Positions 38,296-46,718 of a stretch of DNA of 64,000 nt are shown here, in pieces. The stretch is taken from positions 4,173-68,172 of the forward strand of contig CAZZBZ010000004.1 of NCBI GenBank assembly GCA_964653025.1, given 5' to 3'. This DNA comes from an uncultured Verrucomicrobiota bacterium. GTDB lineage: Bacteria; Verrucomicrobiota; Verrucomicrobiia; JABWAM01. Under the pieces are notes generated by a model. That model had not been told where the DNA came from. It ran no database searches and saw only the letters and a list, made by a program, of their open reading frames with translations. Positions within the stretch are counted from its first letter, which is position 1; every line of letters begins with the position of its first letter. The translations under genes and the position numbers were made by a program.

Positions 38296-39303
38296 ATGAG
38301 CCACCCCGAACCCCATCCCCACCACGGCCACCCCGCCTCACGGCGGGAGTTTATCCGCCGCAGCGCACGGCTTGCGGCCGCGATCGCCGCCACCGGCACC
38401 GTCGGCGGATGGCTCTGGAACCGGCACCCGCCCGGTGATTTCTCAAAGGCTTCCGCCCCCCCGCCCCTCCCCGATTTCTCCGTGCGCGATGGCGGCCCTG
38501 CGATGAGCATTGTCACCGGCGGGGAGCGTGCGACGGCCCTCCAGCGCGGCCTCGCCGCACTCGGCGGGATCGAGCGCTTCGTGAAACGCGGCGATCGCGT
38601 CCTTCTCAAGGTGAACGCCGCGTTCGCCACGCCGGCGGCCCTTGGAGCGACGACCCACCCCGACCTCGCCGCCGAACTCATCCGCCTCTGCCTCAAGTCC
38701 GGGGCCGCCTCGGTGATCGTCACCGACAACCCGATTAACTCCCCCGAGAGCTGCTTCGCCCTCTCGGGCCTCGGGGAGGCGACGGCCCGCGCCGGAGGGC
38801 GCCTGGTCGTCCCGCGCGAAACCGATTTCCTCCCCGCGACCGTCCCCGGCGCGCGTCTTCTCCGCGACTGGCCGGTCCTGCGGCGCCCGTTCGAGGGGGT
38901 GAACAAGCTGATCGGGGTCGCCCCCGTGAAGTCGCACAACCGCGCGGGGGCCTCGATGACGATGAAAAACTGGTACGGCCTCCTCGGGGGACGGCGAAAC
39001 CAGTTTCACCAGGACATCCACGGAATCGTCTCGGAACTGTCCGCACTCGTCCGTCCGACCTTCGTGGTCCTCGACGGCACGGCAAGCATGATGTCGAACG
39101 GGCCCACGGGCGGCTCCCTCGACGACCTCAAGGCCACGCGCACGATGGTGGTGAGCACCGACATGGTCGCCGCGGACGCCTTCGGGATCTCGCTGCTCGA
39201 CCGGTCGCCCGCCGACCTGCCCTACCTCCGCATGGCAGCCGAACGCGGCGCCGGCCGCCTCGACTACGAGGCCCTCAAGCCCATCCGTCTCTCTCTTTCC
39301 TAA
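38296..39303 (+). CDS. DUF362-domain protein with twin-arginine (Tat) signal peptide
   Basis: SRREFIRRSARLAAAIAATG (Tat motif); DUF362-like core (..KVNAAF.., ..VVLDGTASM.., ..MVVSTDMVAADA..). Confidence 0.8.
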   Translation: MSHPEPHPHHGHPASRREFIRRSARLAAAIAATGTVGGWLWNRHPPGDFSKASAPPPLPDFSVRDGGPAMSIVTGGERATALQRGLAALGGIERFVKRGDRVLLKVNAAFATPAALGATTHPDLAAELIRLCLKSGAASVIVTDNPINSPESCFALSGLGEATARAGGRLVVPRETDFLPATVPGARLLRDWPVLRRPFEGVNKLIGVAPVKSHNRAGASMTMKNWYGLLGGRRNQFHQDIHGIVSELSALVRPTFVVLDGTASMMSNGPTGGSLDDLKATRTMVVSTDMVAADAFGISLLDRSPADLPYLRMAAERGAGRLDYEALKPIRLSLS

Positions 39304-39340
39304 GCCCATGATTTTCTCCTCCATCCACGCGAACAACGAG

Positions 39341-39466
39341 GCCGCTCATCGGAGCCTCGATTCTGATCGGGGCGATGAGCGGCTCCATGCCCTGCATTCC
39401 GTTTTCGTGTGTTTCGTGTACTTCGTGGTAATCCTTCTGAATCCGTGTCCATCCGTGGCTTCCCCC
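39341..39466 (+). repeat. Structured repeat, copy A (divergent): 11-bp-stem hairpin + CGTG heptamer direct repeats + CATCCGTGGCTTC terminus, ending 9 nt before the polyferredoxin ATG
   Basis: gccgctcatcg-21nt-cgatgagcggc ..ttcgtgtgtttcgtgtacttcgtgg.. ctgaatccgtgtccatccgtggcttcc. Confidence 0.6.
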
Positions 39467-39474
39467 TCCTCACC

Positions 39475-41424
39475 ATGAAGATCCTCACGGCCCGCCGGAT
39501 CGCCCAGGTGTTCTTCCTCGCGCTCTTCACGTGGCTCTGCGTCGTCGCCACGGTCGGCACCGCCCCGTGGCAGTGGCGCGGATGGCCGATCAACGCCTTC
39601 CTCCAGTTCGACCCACTCGTGGCCGTCGGCACCGCCCTCAGCACCCATTCCCTTTACGCCGGGCTCGCCTGGGCACTCGTCACGGTCGCGGTGACGATGC
39701 TTCTCGGGCGCGTCTTCTGCGGTTGGGTCTGCCCCTTCGGCACGCTCCACCAAATCCTTGGCTGGCTGGGCCGACGGCGCTCTCGCCCGAAGGAAAAGGT
39801 GGAGGTAAACGAGTTCCACCCGGCGCAGCGTTTCAAGTACTACCTCCTCTTCGCGATGCTCGCGGCGGCTTCGGGAAACCTCGCGGTCAATCTCCTCCGC
39901 TCCACGCGTGAACAGCCTACCTGGGCGGTCGCGGCGATCGCCGCCGGATGTGCCATCGCCCTTTTCCTCGGTTTGCGGCGGTTCGTCTCAGGCCCCTCCA
40001 CCGCGGCCGCGCTCACCGTGCTCCTTGTCGGGGCCGGCGCGCTCGTCACCGGTCGCATTTCCACGGACCGCGCGATCGTCGCCTCACTCCAGACCGGACT
40101 GCTCGACCCGATCCCCCTGCTCCACCGCTCCTTCACGGTCGTGGTCCTGCCGCTCGCCGACTCGGCCTTCGGGCGAATCTGGAGCGCCCCCCGCCATTAC
40201 GAAGGGGCATGGTTCATCGGCGCTCTTTTCGCCGCCTTCCTCGCGCTCAACCTCTGGATCCCGCGCTTCTACTGCCGCTTCCTCTGCCCGCTCGGCGCGC
40301 TCCTCGGCGTCTTCGCGCGCACCACCCTCTGGTCGGTCGGGATCAAGGAGGCCCTCTGCACCGACTGCGCCTCCTGCGACCGCAACTGCGAGGGGGCCTG
40401 CACCCCGACCGGCCCGCTCCGCGTCAGCGAGTGCCTCATGTGCATGAATTGCCTCGAGGACTGCCCCACCTCGAAGCCGATCCACTACCATCCGCGCCCA
40501 TCGAGCAGCGGCGAGGAAACGGGCCACGGGGTCACCCGCCGCGGCTTTCTCATCTCGGTCGCGAGCGGCCTCGCCGCCACGCCCGCGCTCCGCCTTGGGG
40601 GACTCGTTGGCCCGACCTGGTCCGCCCAACTCGTCCGCCCTCCGGGCGCCGTCGATGAGGAGGAGTTCCTCGCGCGCTGCATCAAATGCGACCAGTGCCT
40701 CCGCGTCTGCCCCACCAATGTCCTCCAGCCCGCCGGCCTCTGGGCGGGGATCGAGGCGTTCTGGACCCCGTTCCTCAACAACCGCATCGGGACGAGCGGC
40801 TGCCAGGTCAATTGCATCGCCTGCGGAAACGCCTGCCCCACGGGCGCGATTCGCCCGCTCACCCTCGATGAAAAGCAAGGGAAGGGCGACTTCGCGGGGC
40901 GCGGACCCGTCCGCCTCGGCACCGCTTTCGTGGACCAGGGGCGCTGCCTCCCATGGGCCATGAACCGCCCTTGCATCGTCTGCGAGGAGAACTGCCCCAC
41001 CACGCCGAAGGCGATCTGGGTGGACACCACCTTCCGCGCGGTGCGCGACGGGACCCTTGCGATCGCCGCCGTCGAGGGCGACACCTTCCGCTTTGCAACC
41101 GGGGGACACGCCCTCCCCCCGGGCCGCTACGCGAGCGGGGACCACTTCTGCCTCGCCGAGGGGGACCCTGCCCCCCGGAGGATCGTCGCGAACACCGCGG
41201 ACACGGTGACGTTCGCCCCCGCTCCCGGCGGGAAGAAACCCCCGGCACCCGGCACCCGCGTGGAGATCCAGGTGCGCCTCCAGCGCCCCGTGGTGGAAGC
41301 CGAGCGCTGCATCGGCTGCGGAATCTGCGAGCACGAATGCCCCGTGAGCGGCCTCCGCGCCATCCGCATCACCGCCGAGGGCGAGACCCGCAGCGCCTCC
41401 CGCTCCCTCCTCGCCGGGCGCTGA
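39475..41424 (+). CDS. Membrane-bound polyferredoxin, NapH/MauN/RnfB-like 4Fe-4S binding protein
   Basis: TM segments with FCGWVCPFGTL and FYCRFLCPLGAL motifs plus multiple CxxCxxCxxxCP ferredoxin motifs (CIKCDQCLRVCP, CIACGNACP, CIVCEENCP, CIGCGICEHECP). Confidence 0.8.
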   Translation: MKILTARRIAQVFFLALFTWLCVVATVGTAPWQWRGWPINAFLQFDPLVAVGTALSTHSLYAGLAWALVTVAVTMLLGRVFCGWVCPFGTLHQILGWLGRRRSRPKEKVEVNEFHPAQRFKYYLLFAMLAAASGNLAVNLLRSTREQPTWAVAAIAAGCAIALFLGLRRFVSGPSTAAALTVLLVGAGALVTGRISTDRAIVASLQTGLLDPIPLLHRSFTVVVLPLADSAFGRIWSAPRHYEGAWFIGALFAAFLALNLWIPRFYCRFLCPLGALLGVFARTTLWSVGIKEALCTDCASCDRNCEGACTPTGPLRVSECLMCMNCLEDCPTSKPIHYHPRPSSSGEETGHGVTRRGFLISVASGLAATPALRLGGLVGPTWSAQLVRPPGAVDEEEFLARCIKCDQCLRVCPTNVLQPAGLWAGIEAFWTPFLNNRIGTSGCQVNCIACGNACPTGAIRPLTLDEKQGKGDFAGRGPVRLGTAFVDQGRCLPWAMNRPCIVCEENCPTTPKAIWVDTTFRAVRDGTLAIAAVEGDTFRFATGGHALPPGRYASGDHFCLAEGDPAPRRIVANTADTVTFAPAPGGKKPPAPGTRVEIQVRLQRPVVEAERCIGCGICEHECPVSGLRAIRITAEGETRSASRSLLAGR

Positions 41425-41431
41425 CCGCTTA

Positions 41432-41507
41432 CCCGAATCAGAAGCCACGGATGAAACACGGATTAGACACGGATAGCGCCAATCCCGCCACAACGGGATT
41501 GGCGCAC
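41432..41507 (-). repeat. Structured repeat, copy B (reverse orientation)
   Basis: The reverse complement reads ggtgcgccaatccc-gttgtggc-gggattggcgc tatccgtgtctaatccgtgtttcatccgtggcttctgattcgg. Confidence 0.75.
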
Positions 41508-41861
41508 CACGCAACTACCCACGAGATCATCGGGGCCGCGTTCGAAGTTCATCGCGAACTTGGCCACGGGTTCCTTGAGCGCGTCTATCAGCGCGCCCTC
41601 CTTATCGAACTCCAAAAGCGCGGAGTCCCTGCTGAATGCGAGCACAAGCTGTCGGTTTGCTACAAAGGTACCGTGGTGGGCGAGTATCAGGCCGACCTTG
41701 TTGTCGCGGGCAAGGTGATCGTCGAGTTAAAGGTCGCCCACGAGTACAACCCCTCCGACGAAGCTCAACTGTTGAACGAGTTGAAGGCGACCGGCATGAA
41801 GGTCGGAATCCTCCTCAACTTTGGCCGCGCAAAAGTCGAGTTCAAGAGAATGGTGCTGTGA
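41451..41861 (+). CDS. GxxExxY family protein (TIGR04256-like; PD-(D/E)xK-related small protein)
   Basis: THEIIGAAFEVHRELGHGFLERVYQRAL (GxxExxY motif) ..YQADLVV..IVELKV... The tracked ATG lies inside repeat copy B, so the true start may be downstream. Confidence 0.75.
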   Translation: MKHGLDTDSANPATTGLAHHATTHEIIGAAFEVHRELGHGFLERVYQRALLIELQKRGVPAECEHKLSVCYKGTVVGEYQADLVVAGKVIVELKVAHEYNPSDEAQLLNELKATGMKVGILLNFGRAKVEFKRMVL

Positions 41862-41906
41862 TCCATGGACCCTGATCGCTTCGGAGCGGTTTCTCCGTGC
41901 AATGGA

Positions 41907-41980
41907 GTGCGGCGATTCCGTGTAGCGGAATCGCCGCGTCTTCCTCCGATCCGTGTCCATCCGTGGCTTCTGATTCTGCC
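41907..41980 (+). repeat. Structured repeat, copy C (forward)
   Basis: gcggcgattcc-gtgtagc-ggaatcgccgc gtcttcctccg atccgtgtccatccgtggcttctgattctgcc. Confidence 0.75.
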
Positions 41981-42119
41981 TCTGAACTCCCCTTGCCAAA
42001 TCAACCCCTTCGCGGTCCGCTTTGCCTTTTTCGGATGGACACGCGCACACCGCCGGGCGGATATAGGGACGGTCTTCGCGAATCCCAAATCACGTTTTTA
42101 AAAAACAGGAGCACTCCCT

Positions 42120-43358
42120 ATGAAAAGCCATAAGAAATCCATGACGCGTCGTGACTTCTTCCGGGCCGCCGGCGTGGCGGGCCTCGGAACCGTGCTCCTT
42201 CCCCGCATGGCGTGGGGACAAGATCCCGCGCCGGCCACGGGGGCCACCCCTGCCGCCGCGGGCACTGCCGCGGTCGTCGCCGCGGCCATGTTGCGCCGCA
42301 AGTTTGGCAAAACCGGCGTCGAGGTTCCGATCCTCTCGATGGGCGGGATGTACGACATCCCGAACAACCAGCACATGCTCCGCCAAGCCATCGACCTCGG
42401 CGTCACCTACTGGGACACCGCCGCGGGCTACAGCAACGGCCAGAGCGAGGTTGGCATCGGGATGTTCTTTGAGAAGAACCCCGACGAGCGAAAAAACATC
42501 TTCCTCGTATCGAAGGCCTCGGGCGGCCCGACCCCGGACGCGATGACACGCCTCCTCAACCAGTCGCTCGAGCGGATGAAGACCGACCACGTGGACCTCT
42601 ACTTCATGCACGGGATGAGCGGTATCGCCCAGGTGGACAAGCCGGAGATCAAGGCGTGGGCCGAGAACGCGAAGAAGGAGGGCAAGATCAAGCTCTTCGG
42701 CTTCAGCACCCACAGCAACATGGAGCAATGTCTCATGGGCGCCTCCAAGCTCGGTTGGATCGACGGGATGATGATCACCTACAGCTACCGCAATATGAAC
42801 ACGCCGGAGATGAAGGCCGCGATCGACGCCGGCATCGCCGCCGGCATCGGCCTCACCGCGATGAAAACCCAGGGCAAGGGCCCCGCGGACGATTCCGCGC
42901 TCGGCACGTTCACCCAGAAGGGTTTCACCCCGGGCCAGGCGAAGCTCAAGGCCGTTTGGGAGAATCCGCAGATCTCCGCGATCTGCTCGCAGATGCCGAA
43001 CGTGAAACTCCTCAAGGAGAACGCCGCCGCGGCGATGGACAAGACCCAGCTCGCCGGGGCCGACCGCGCCGCGCTCGCGCGCCACGCGGAGGACAACTGC
43101 GAGGGCTTCTGCGCGGGCTGCCGTCACCTCTGCGAGGGGGCAATCGCCGCCGCCGCGCCCGTGCAGGACGTGATGCGCTACCTCATGTATCACCGCCATT
43201 ACGGGATGCAGGGCGAGGCGCGCGCGATGTTCGCCTCCCTGCCCGCCGACGTGCGCGACCGCCTCGCAGCGCTCAACTACTCCGCCGCCGAGCGTGCGTG
43301 TCCCCATCACCTCCCCATCGCAAGCCTCATGCGCGAAGCCTCCGGCCTCCTCGCTTAA
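42120..43358 (+). CDS. Tat-exported aldo/keto reductase with a C-terminal Cys cluster (CX3CX2CX3C)
   Basis: MTRRDFFRAAGVAGLG (Tat); AKR core (GVTYWDTAAGYSNGQSE.., ..HVDLYFMHG..); C-terminal EDNCEGFCAGCRHLCEG. Confidence 0.85.
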   Translation: MKSHKKSMTRRDFFRAAGVAGLGTVLLPRMAWGQDPAPATGATPAAAGTAAVVAAAMLRRKFGKTGVEVPILSMGGMYDIPNNQHMLRQAIDLGVTYWDTAAGYSNGQSEVGIGMFFEKNPDERKNIFLVSKASGGPTPDAMTRLLNQSLERMKTDHVDLYFMHGMSGIAQVDKPEIKAWAENAKKEGKIKLFGFSTHSNMEQCLMGASKLGWIDGMMITYSYRNMNTPEMKAAIDAGIAAGIGLTAMKTQGKGPADDSALGTFTQKGFTPGQAKLKAVWENPQISAICSQMPNVKLLKENAAAAMDKTQLAGADRAALARHAEDNCEGFCAGCRHLCEGAIAAAAPVQDVMRYLMYHRHYGMQGEARAMFASLPADVRDRLAALNYSAAERACPHHLPIASLMREASGLLA

Positions 43359-43447
43359 GGATTCCGCTAAAAATCACGGGGAACATTATTTCTGTTGCAC
43401 GTGCCGCAACCATATCGAAGAAGCGGATAACAGATTTTCTGTTGCCC

Positions 43448-44284
43448 ATGGCACCTCCTCACTCCCTTGGTGTGCGGATTTTTTTTCGGGCCCGGGGACT
43501 CATGCTCTCCCTCCTCAGTATTTACGCCATGCTCGGGGTGGCGCTCTGGCTGCTCGGTGACCGCCTCGCGCACCACCCACCCCACGGCGAAGCGAAGCGC
43601 CTGCCCGAAGAGATCGCCCTCCGCGCGTCGGACGGCGTGGCGCTCTCGGGCGTGTGGCTCCCCAACCCCTCGGCGGATGCGACGCTTCTCCTCAGCCACG
43701 GCAACGGCGAAAACCTCGACCACCTGCATTCGTTTCTCGGCGAGCTCCACGACGCAGGCTTCTCCGTCTTCTCATACGACTATCGAGGCTATGGCCGGAG
43801 CGAGGGACGACCCACCGAAAAAGGAGTCTACCGCGACATCGAAGCCGCATGGCGTCACCTCACCGGATCGCTCGGTGTGCCGCCCTCCCGTGTCATTCTC
43901 CTCGGCCGCTCGATCGGGAGCGGACCGACCCTCTGGCTTGCCTCCCGTGAAAAGCCCGGTGGGGTGATCCTCGAAAGCGCCTTCACCAGCGGCCAGCGGA
44001 CGCTCTTCCCCGTCCCGATCTTTCCCTTCGACCAGTTCCCCAACCTGAAACGGGTCCGGGACCTCCACTGCCCCCTCCTTGTCATCCACGGCCTGAACGA
44101 CCGCATCATCCCCGTCCGCCACGGTCGGGAGTTGTTCGCCGCGGCACCGGAGCCGAAGTTCGCCCTCTGGGTCGAGGGTGCCGATCACAACGATGTTTCC
44201 GGCGTTGCCCCCGAACTCTATTTGAAAGCGTTGCGGGATTTTGGCAAAAGGGTGGTGGGCGCGGCCGACCGCCCCTCCTTGTGA
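43448..44284 (+). CDS. Alpha/beta hydrolase (S9/BAAT-like), N-terminal TM anchor
   Basis: ..LLSHGNGEN.., GRSIGSG (nucleophile elbow GxSxG), ..LLVIHGLNDRIIP.., ..GADHND. Confidence 0.8.
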   Translation: MAPPHSLGVRIFFRARGLMLSLLSIYAMLGVALWLLGDRLAHHPPHGEAKRLPEEIALRASDGVALSGVWLPNPSADATLLLSHGNGENLDHLHSFLGELHDAGFSVFSYDYRGYGRSEGRPTEKGVYRDIEAAWRHLTGSLGVPPSRVILLGRSIGSGPTLWLASREKPGGVILESAFTSGQRTLFPVPIFPFDQFPNLKRVRDLHCPLLVIHGLNDRIIPVRHGRELFAAAPEPKFALWVEGADHNDVSGVAPELYLKALRDFGKRVVGAADRPSL

Positions 44285-46470
44285 CCTCCGCCCTTCGCCT
44301 CGCACTCAGCTTATACCGCCGCTTCCTCCTGCGTTTCCGGGTCATCGGGGCCACGCGCCTTCCCGACGGCCCCGCCCTCCTCGTCGCCAACCGCGCCTCG
44401 GCGCTCGACGCCCTCGTCCTTTCCACCGTCTTCCCCCGCCCCGTGATCCTCGTCGGAGGCCCCGCCCGCCCGAAAGGCGTTCTCCAGCAAACCCTCGCAG
44501 ACCTCCTCGACCTCCGCACGACCGGGGAAGACCCCCTCGCCGACCTTGAGAAGGCCGCCCACGAAGCGATCGCGGGGCGCGCCCTCGTCCTCGTCCTTGC
44601 CGACCCCCAACCCACCCATCCGCCCTGCCCCTTCGAACTCCGCGACGGCGTGAAACTGGCCGCGCAACAGAAGCTGCTCCCGGTCGTGCCCGTAAACACC
44701 GACTCGTTCTGGGCCGGAACCCTCCGCTTTCTCCGCGGCCTGTCCCCGTGCCATTTTGCCGGCGCCTGCCGACGGGCCACGATCCGCGTCGGCAAGGTCC
44801 TCCCCGCGGGCAGAGCGAGTTTCCCGATCCTGCGCCAGGAACTCACCGACCTCGACGAGTTCGGGCTCGCGGCACGCACCGAGATCAATGGTCACCTCGC
44901 GTGGTCCTGCCTCGTCTCGCTCTCTCGCAAGCCGTGGCGCGAGTTCATCGTGGACCGCGTGCCCACCCGCAGGGCCCTCTCCCGGGGGAAGACGCTCGCG
45001 GTCGCCATCGCCCTCTCCCGCCGCTGGCGGCACTCGCTCCCCGGACGACGCGTTGGCGTCGTGCTCCCCCCCGGCCTCGGGGCCACCGTGGCCAATCTCG
45101 CCCTCATCCTCGCGCGCCGCGTGCCGGTCAACCTCAACTTCACACTCGGGGCCGAGGCCGTGCGCGCCTGTTTCCGCAAGGCCGGCATGCGCCGCCTCGT
45201 CAGCGCGGGCGCGCTCCGCGAGCGCTTCCCGAACTTCCCCTGGCCCGCCGACACCCTCGATATCTCCGCCGAGATCCGCGCCTGCCCGCGCGCCGCCATC
45301 CTCTTCTGGTTGGTCCTCGTCTGGATCCTACCCGCGCGCCTCCTCGCCGCGCTGCTCCGCGTGCCGCGCACCGGCGGGCGCGAGGAGGCCGCCCTTCTCT
45401 TCACCAGTGGCAGCGCCGGGGAACCCAAGGGGGTCGCCCTCACCCACCGCAACATCCTGGGCAATGTCGGCCAGGTCGCCGCGGTCGGCTTCATCCATGA
45501 AACCGACACGATGCTCGCCTCGCTCCCCGTCTTCCACAGCTTCGGGTTCACCGTCACCCTCTGGTACCCCGTCCTCCGCGGCGTACGGATGGTCACCGTC
45601 CCCTCCCCGCTCGAGGTGAAGACGATCGCGGAGGCCATCCATGACGAGAAGGTCACCCTCTCCTTCGGCACCTCCACCTTCCTGCGCCCCTACCTCAAGC
45701 GCGCGGAACGCTCCCAGCTCGCCTCCCTCCGCTTCGTGGTCGCCGGCGCCGAGAAGCTCGCCCCCGACCTCGGGCGCTCGTTTGAGGAAACCTTCGGCGT
45801 CCGCATCCTCGAGGGTTACGGCCTCACCGAGACCACCCCCGTCGCCAGCGTAAACCTCCCCGACCCCGTGGACATGACCCGCAAGACGAGCCCCGGCTGG
45901 AAGCTCGGCTCCGTCGGCTGGCTCCTCCCCGGCGTCACCGCGCGGATCGTCCATCCCGAGACCGGTGCCCAACTCGACCCAACCGCCACCGGCATGCTCT
46001 GGCTCCGCGGGGTCAATGTTTTCGAGGGGTACCTCGGCGACGTCGAACGCTCCCGCCAGGTCCTTCGCAACGGGTGGTTCATCACGGGCGACATCGCCCG
46101 CTTCGACGAGGACGGCTTCCTTTTCATCGAGGGCCGCCTCTCCCGCTTTTCCAAAATCGGCGGCGAGATGGTCCCGCACGGCACCATCGAGCAAAAGATC
46201 ATCGACCTCTTCGGCGAGCGCGATGCCGAGCAGCAACCCTTCGCCGTGGTCGGCGTGCGCGACGCAACCAAGGGGGAGGCCCTCGTCCTCCTCGCCGCGC
46301 ACGAGATCACCACGGATCAGGTGCGAGAGAAGCTTCTCGCCGCGGGGTTTCCCCCGCTCTGGGTCCCGCGGTACCTCTGCCGGGTCGGGAAGATCCCCAC
46401 GCTCACCTCCGGCAAGCTCGATGTCCGGGCCTGCGAGGAACTCGCCCGCAAGGCGCACCCTCCGGGCTGA
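44281..46470 (+). CDS. Bifunctional Aas-like protein: N-terminal PlsC-type acyltransferase domain + C-terminal acyl-[ACP]/CoA synthetase (AMP-binding)
   Basis: GTG start overlapping the upstream stop (GTGA). LLVANRASALDALVL (HX4D position, with Arg replacing His); FTSGSAGEPKGV (AMP-binding motif I); ..GYGLTETT.., ..WFITGDIARFDEDGFLFIEGR... Confidence 0.85.
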   Translation: MTSALRLALSLYRRFLLRFRVIGATRLPDGPALLVANRASALDALVLSTVFPRPVILVGGPARPKGVLQQTLADLLDLRTTGEDPLADLEKAAHEAIAGRALVLVLADPQPTHPPCPFELRDGVKLAAQQKLLPVVPVNTDSFWAGTLRFLRGLSPCHFAGACRRATIRVGKVLPAGRASFPILRQELTDLDEFGLAARTEINGHLAWSCLVSLSRKPWREFIVDRVPTRRALSRGKTLAVAIALSRRWRHSLPGRRVGVVLPPGLGATVANLALILARRVPVNLNFTLGAEAVRACFRKAGMRRLVSAGALRERFPNFPWPADTLDISAEIRACPRAAILFWLVLVWILPARLLAALLRVPRTGGREEAALLFTSGSAGEPKGVALTHRNILGNVGQVAAVGFIHETDTMLASLPVFHSFGFTVTLWYPVLRGVRMVTVPSPLEVKTIAEAIHDEKVTLSFGTSTFLRPYLKRAERSQLASLRFVVAGAEKLAPDLGRSFEETFGVRILEGYGLTETTPVASVNLPDPVDMTRKTSPGWKLGSVGWLLPGVTARIVHPETGAQLDPTATGMLWLRGVNVFEGYLGDVERSRQVLRNGWFITGDIARFDEDGFLFIEGRLSRFSKIGGEMVPHGTIEQKIIDLFGERDAEQQPFAVVGVRDATKGEALVLLAAHEITTDQVREKLLAAGFPPLWVPRYLCRVGKIPTLTSGKLDVRACEELARKAHPPG

Positions 46471-46718
46471 GTGAGGCTGGAGGATGGAGGATTCATCGGG
46501 GAGCACACGCGGCCCGCGTGTTGAGGTGGGCGACCCGCCCGCCTCGTCCGAAGATCGATTCGGCGAGCCGCCGAATCGCGCACGCGAGCCGCGTGCACTC
46601 CCCAGAACGTCATCGAGTGCATCGGTGCTCCACCGATGGGTGGGGATGGTCTCGCTCTGGAGAAGCCGCTTGCGCGAGGATCAGGACTGCCCGACGCCCC
46701 CGTCGCCCGACTTTCCGC

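Larger units (their letters stand above)
41432..41980 (+). mobile_element. Putative MITE-like cassette: GxxExxY gene bounded by inverted copies (B,C) of the structured repeat, conserved GAATCAGAAGCCACGGATG termini facing outward
   Basis: Inverted-repeat architecture read directly. A second cargo-less inverted pair lies at 62391..62585. Confidence 0.35.
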
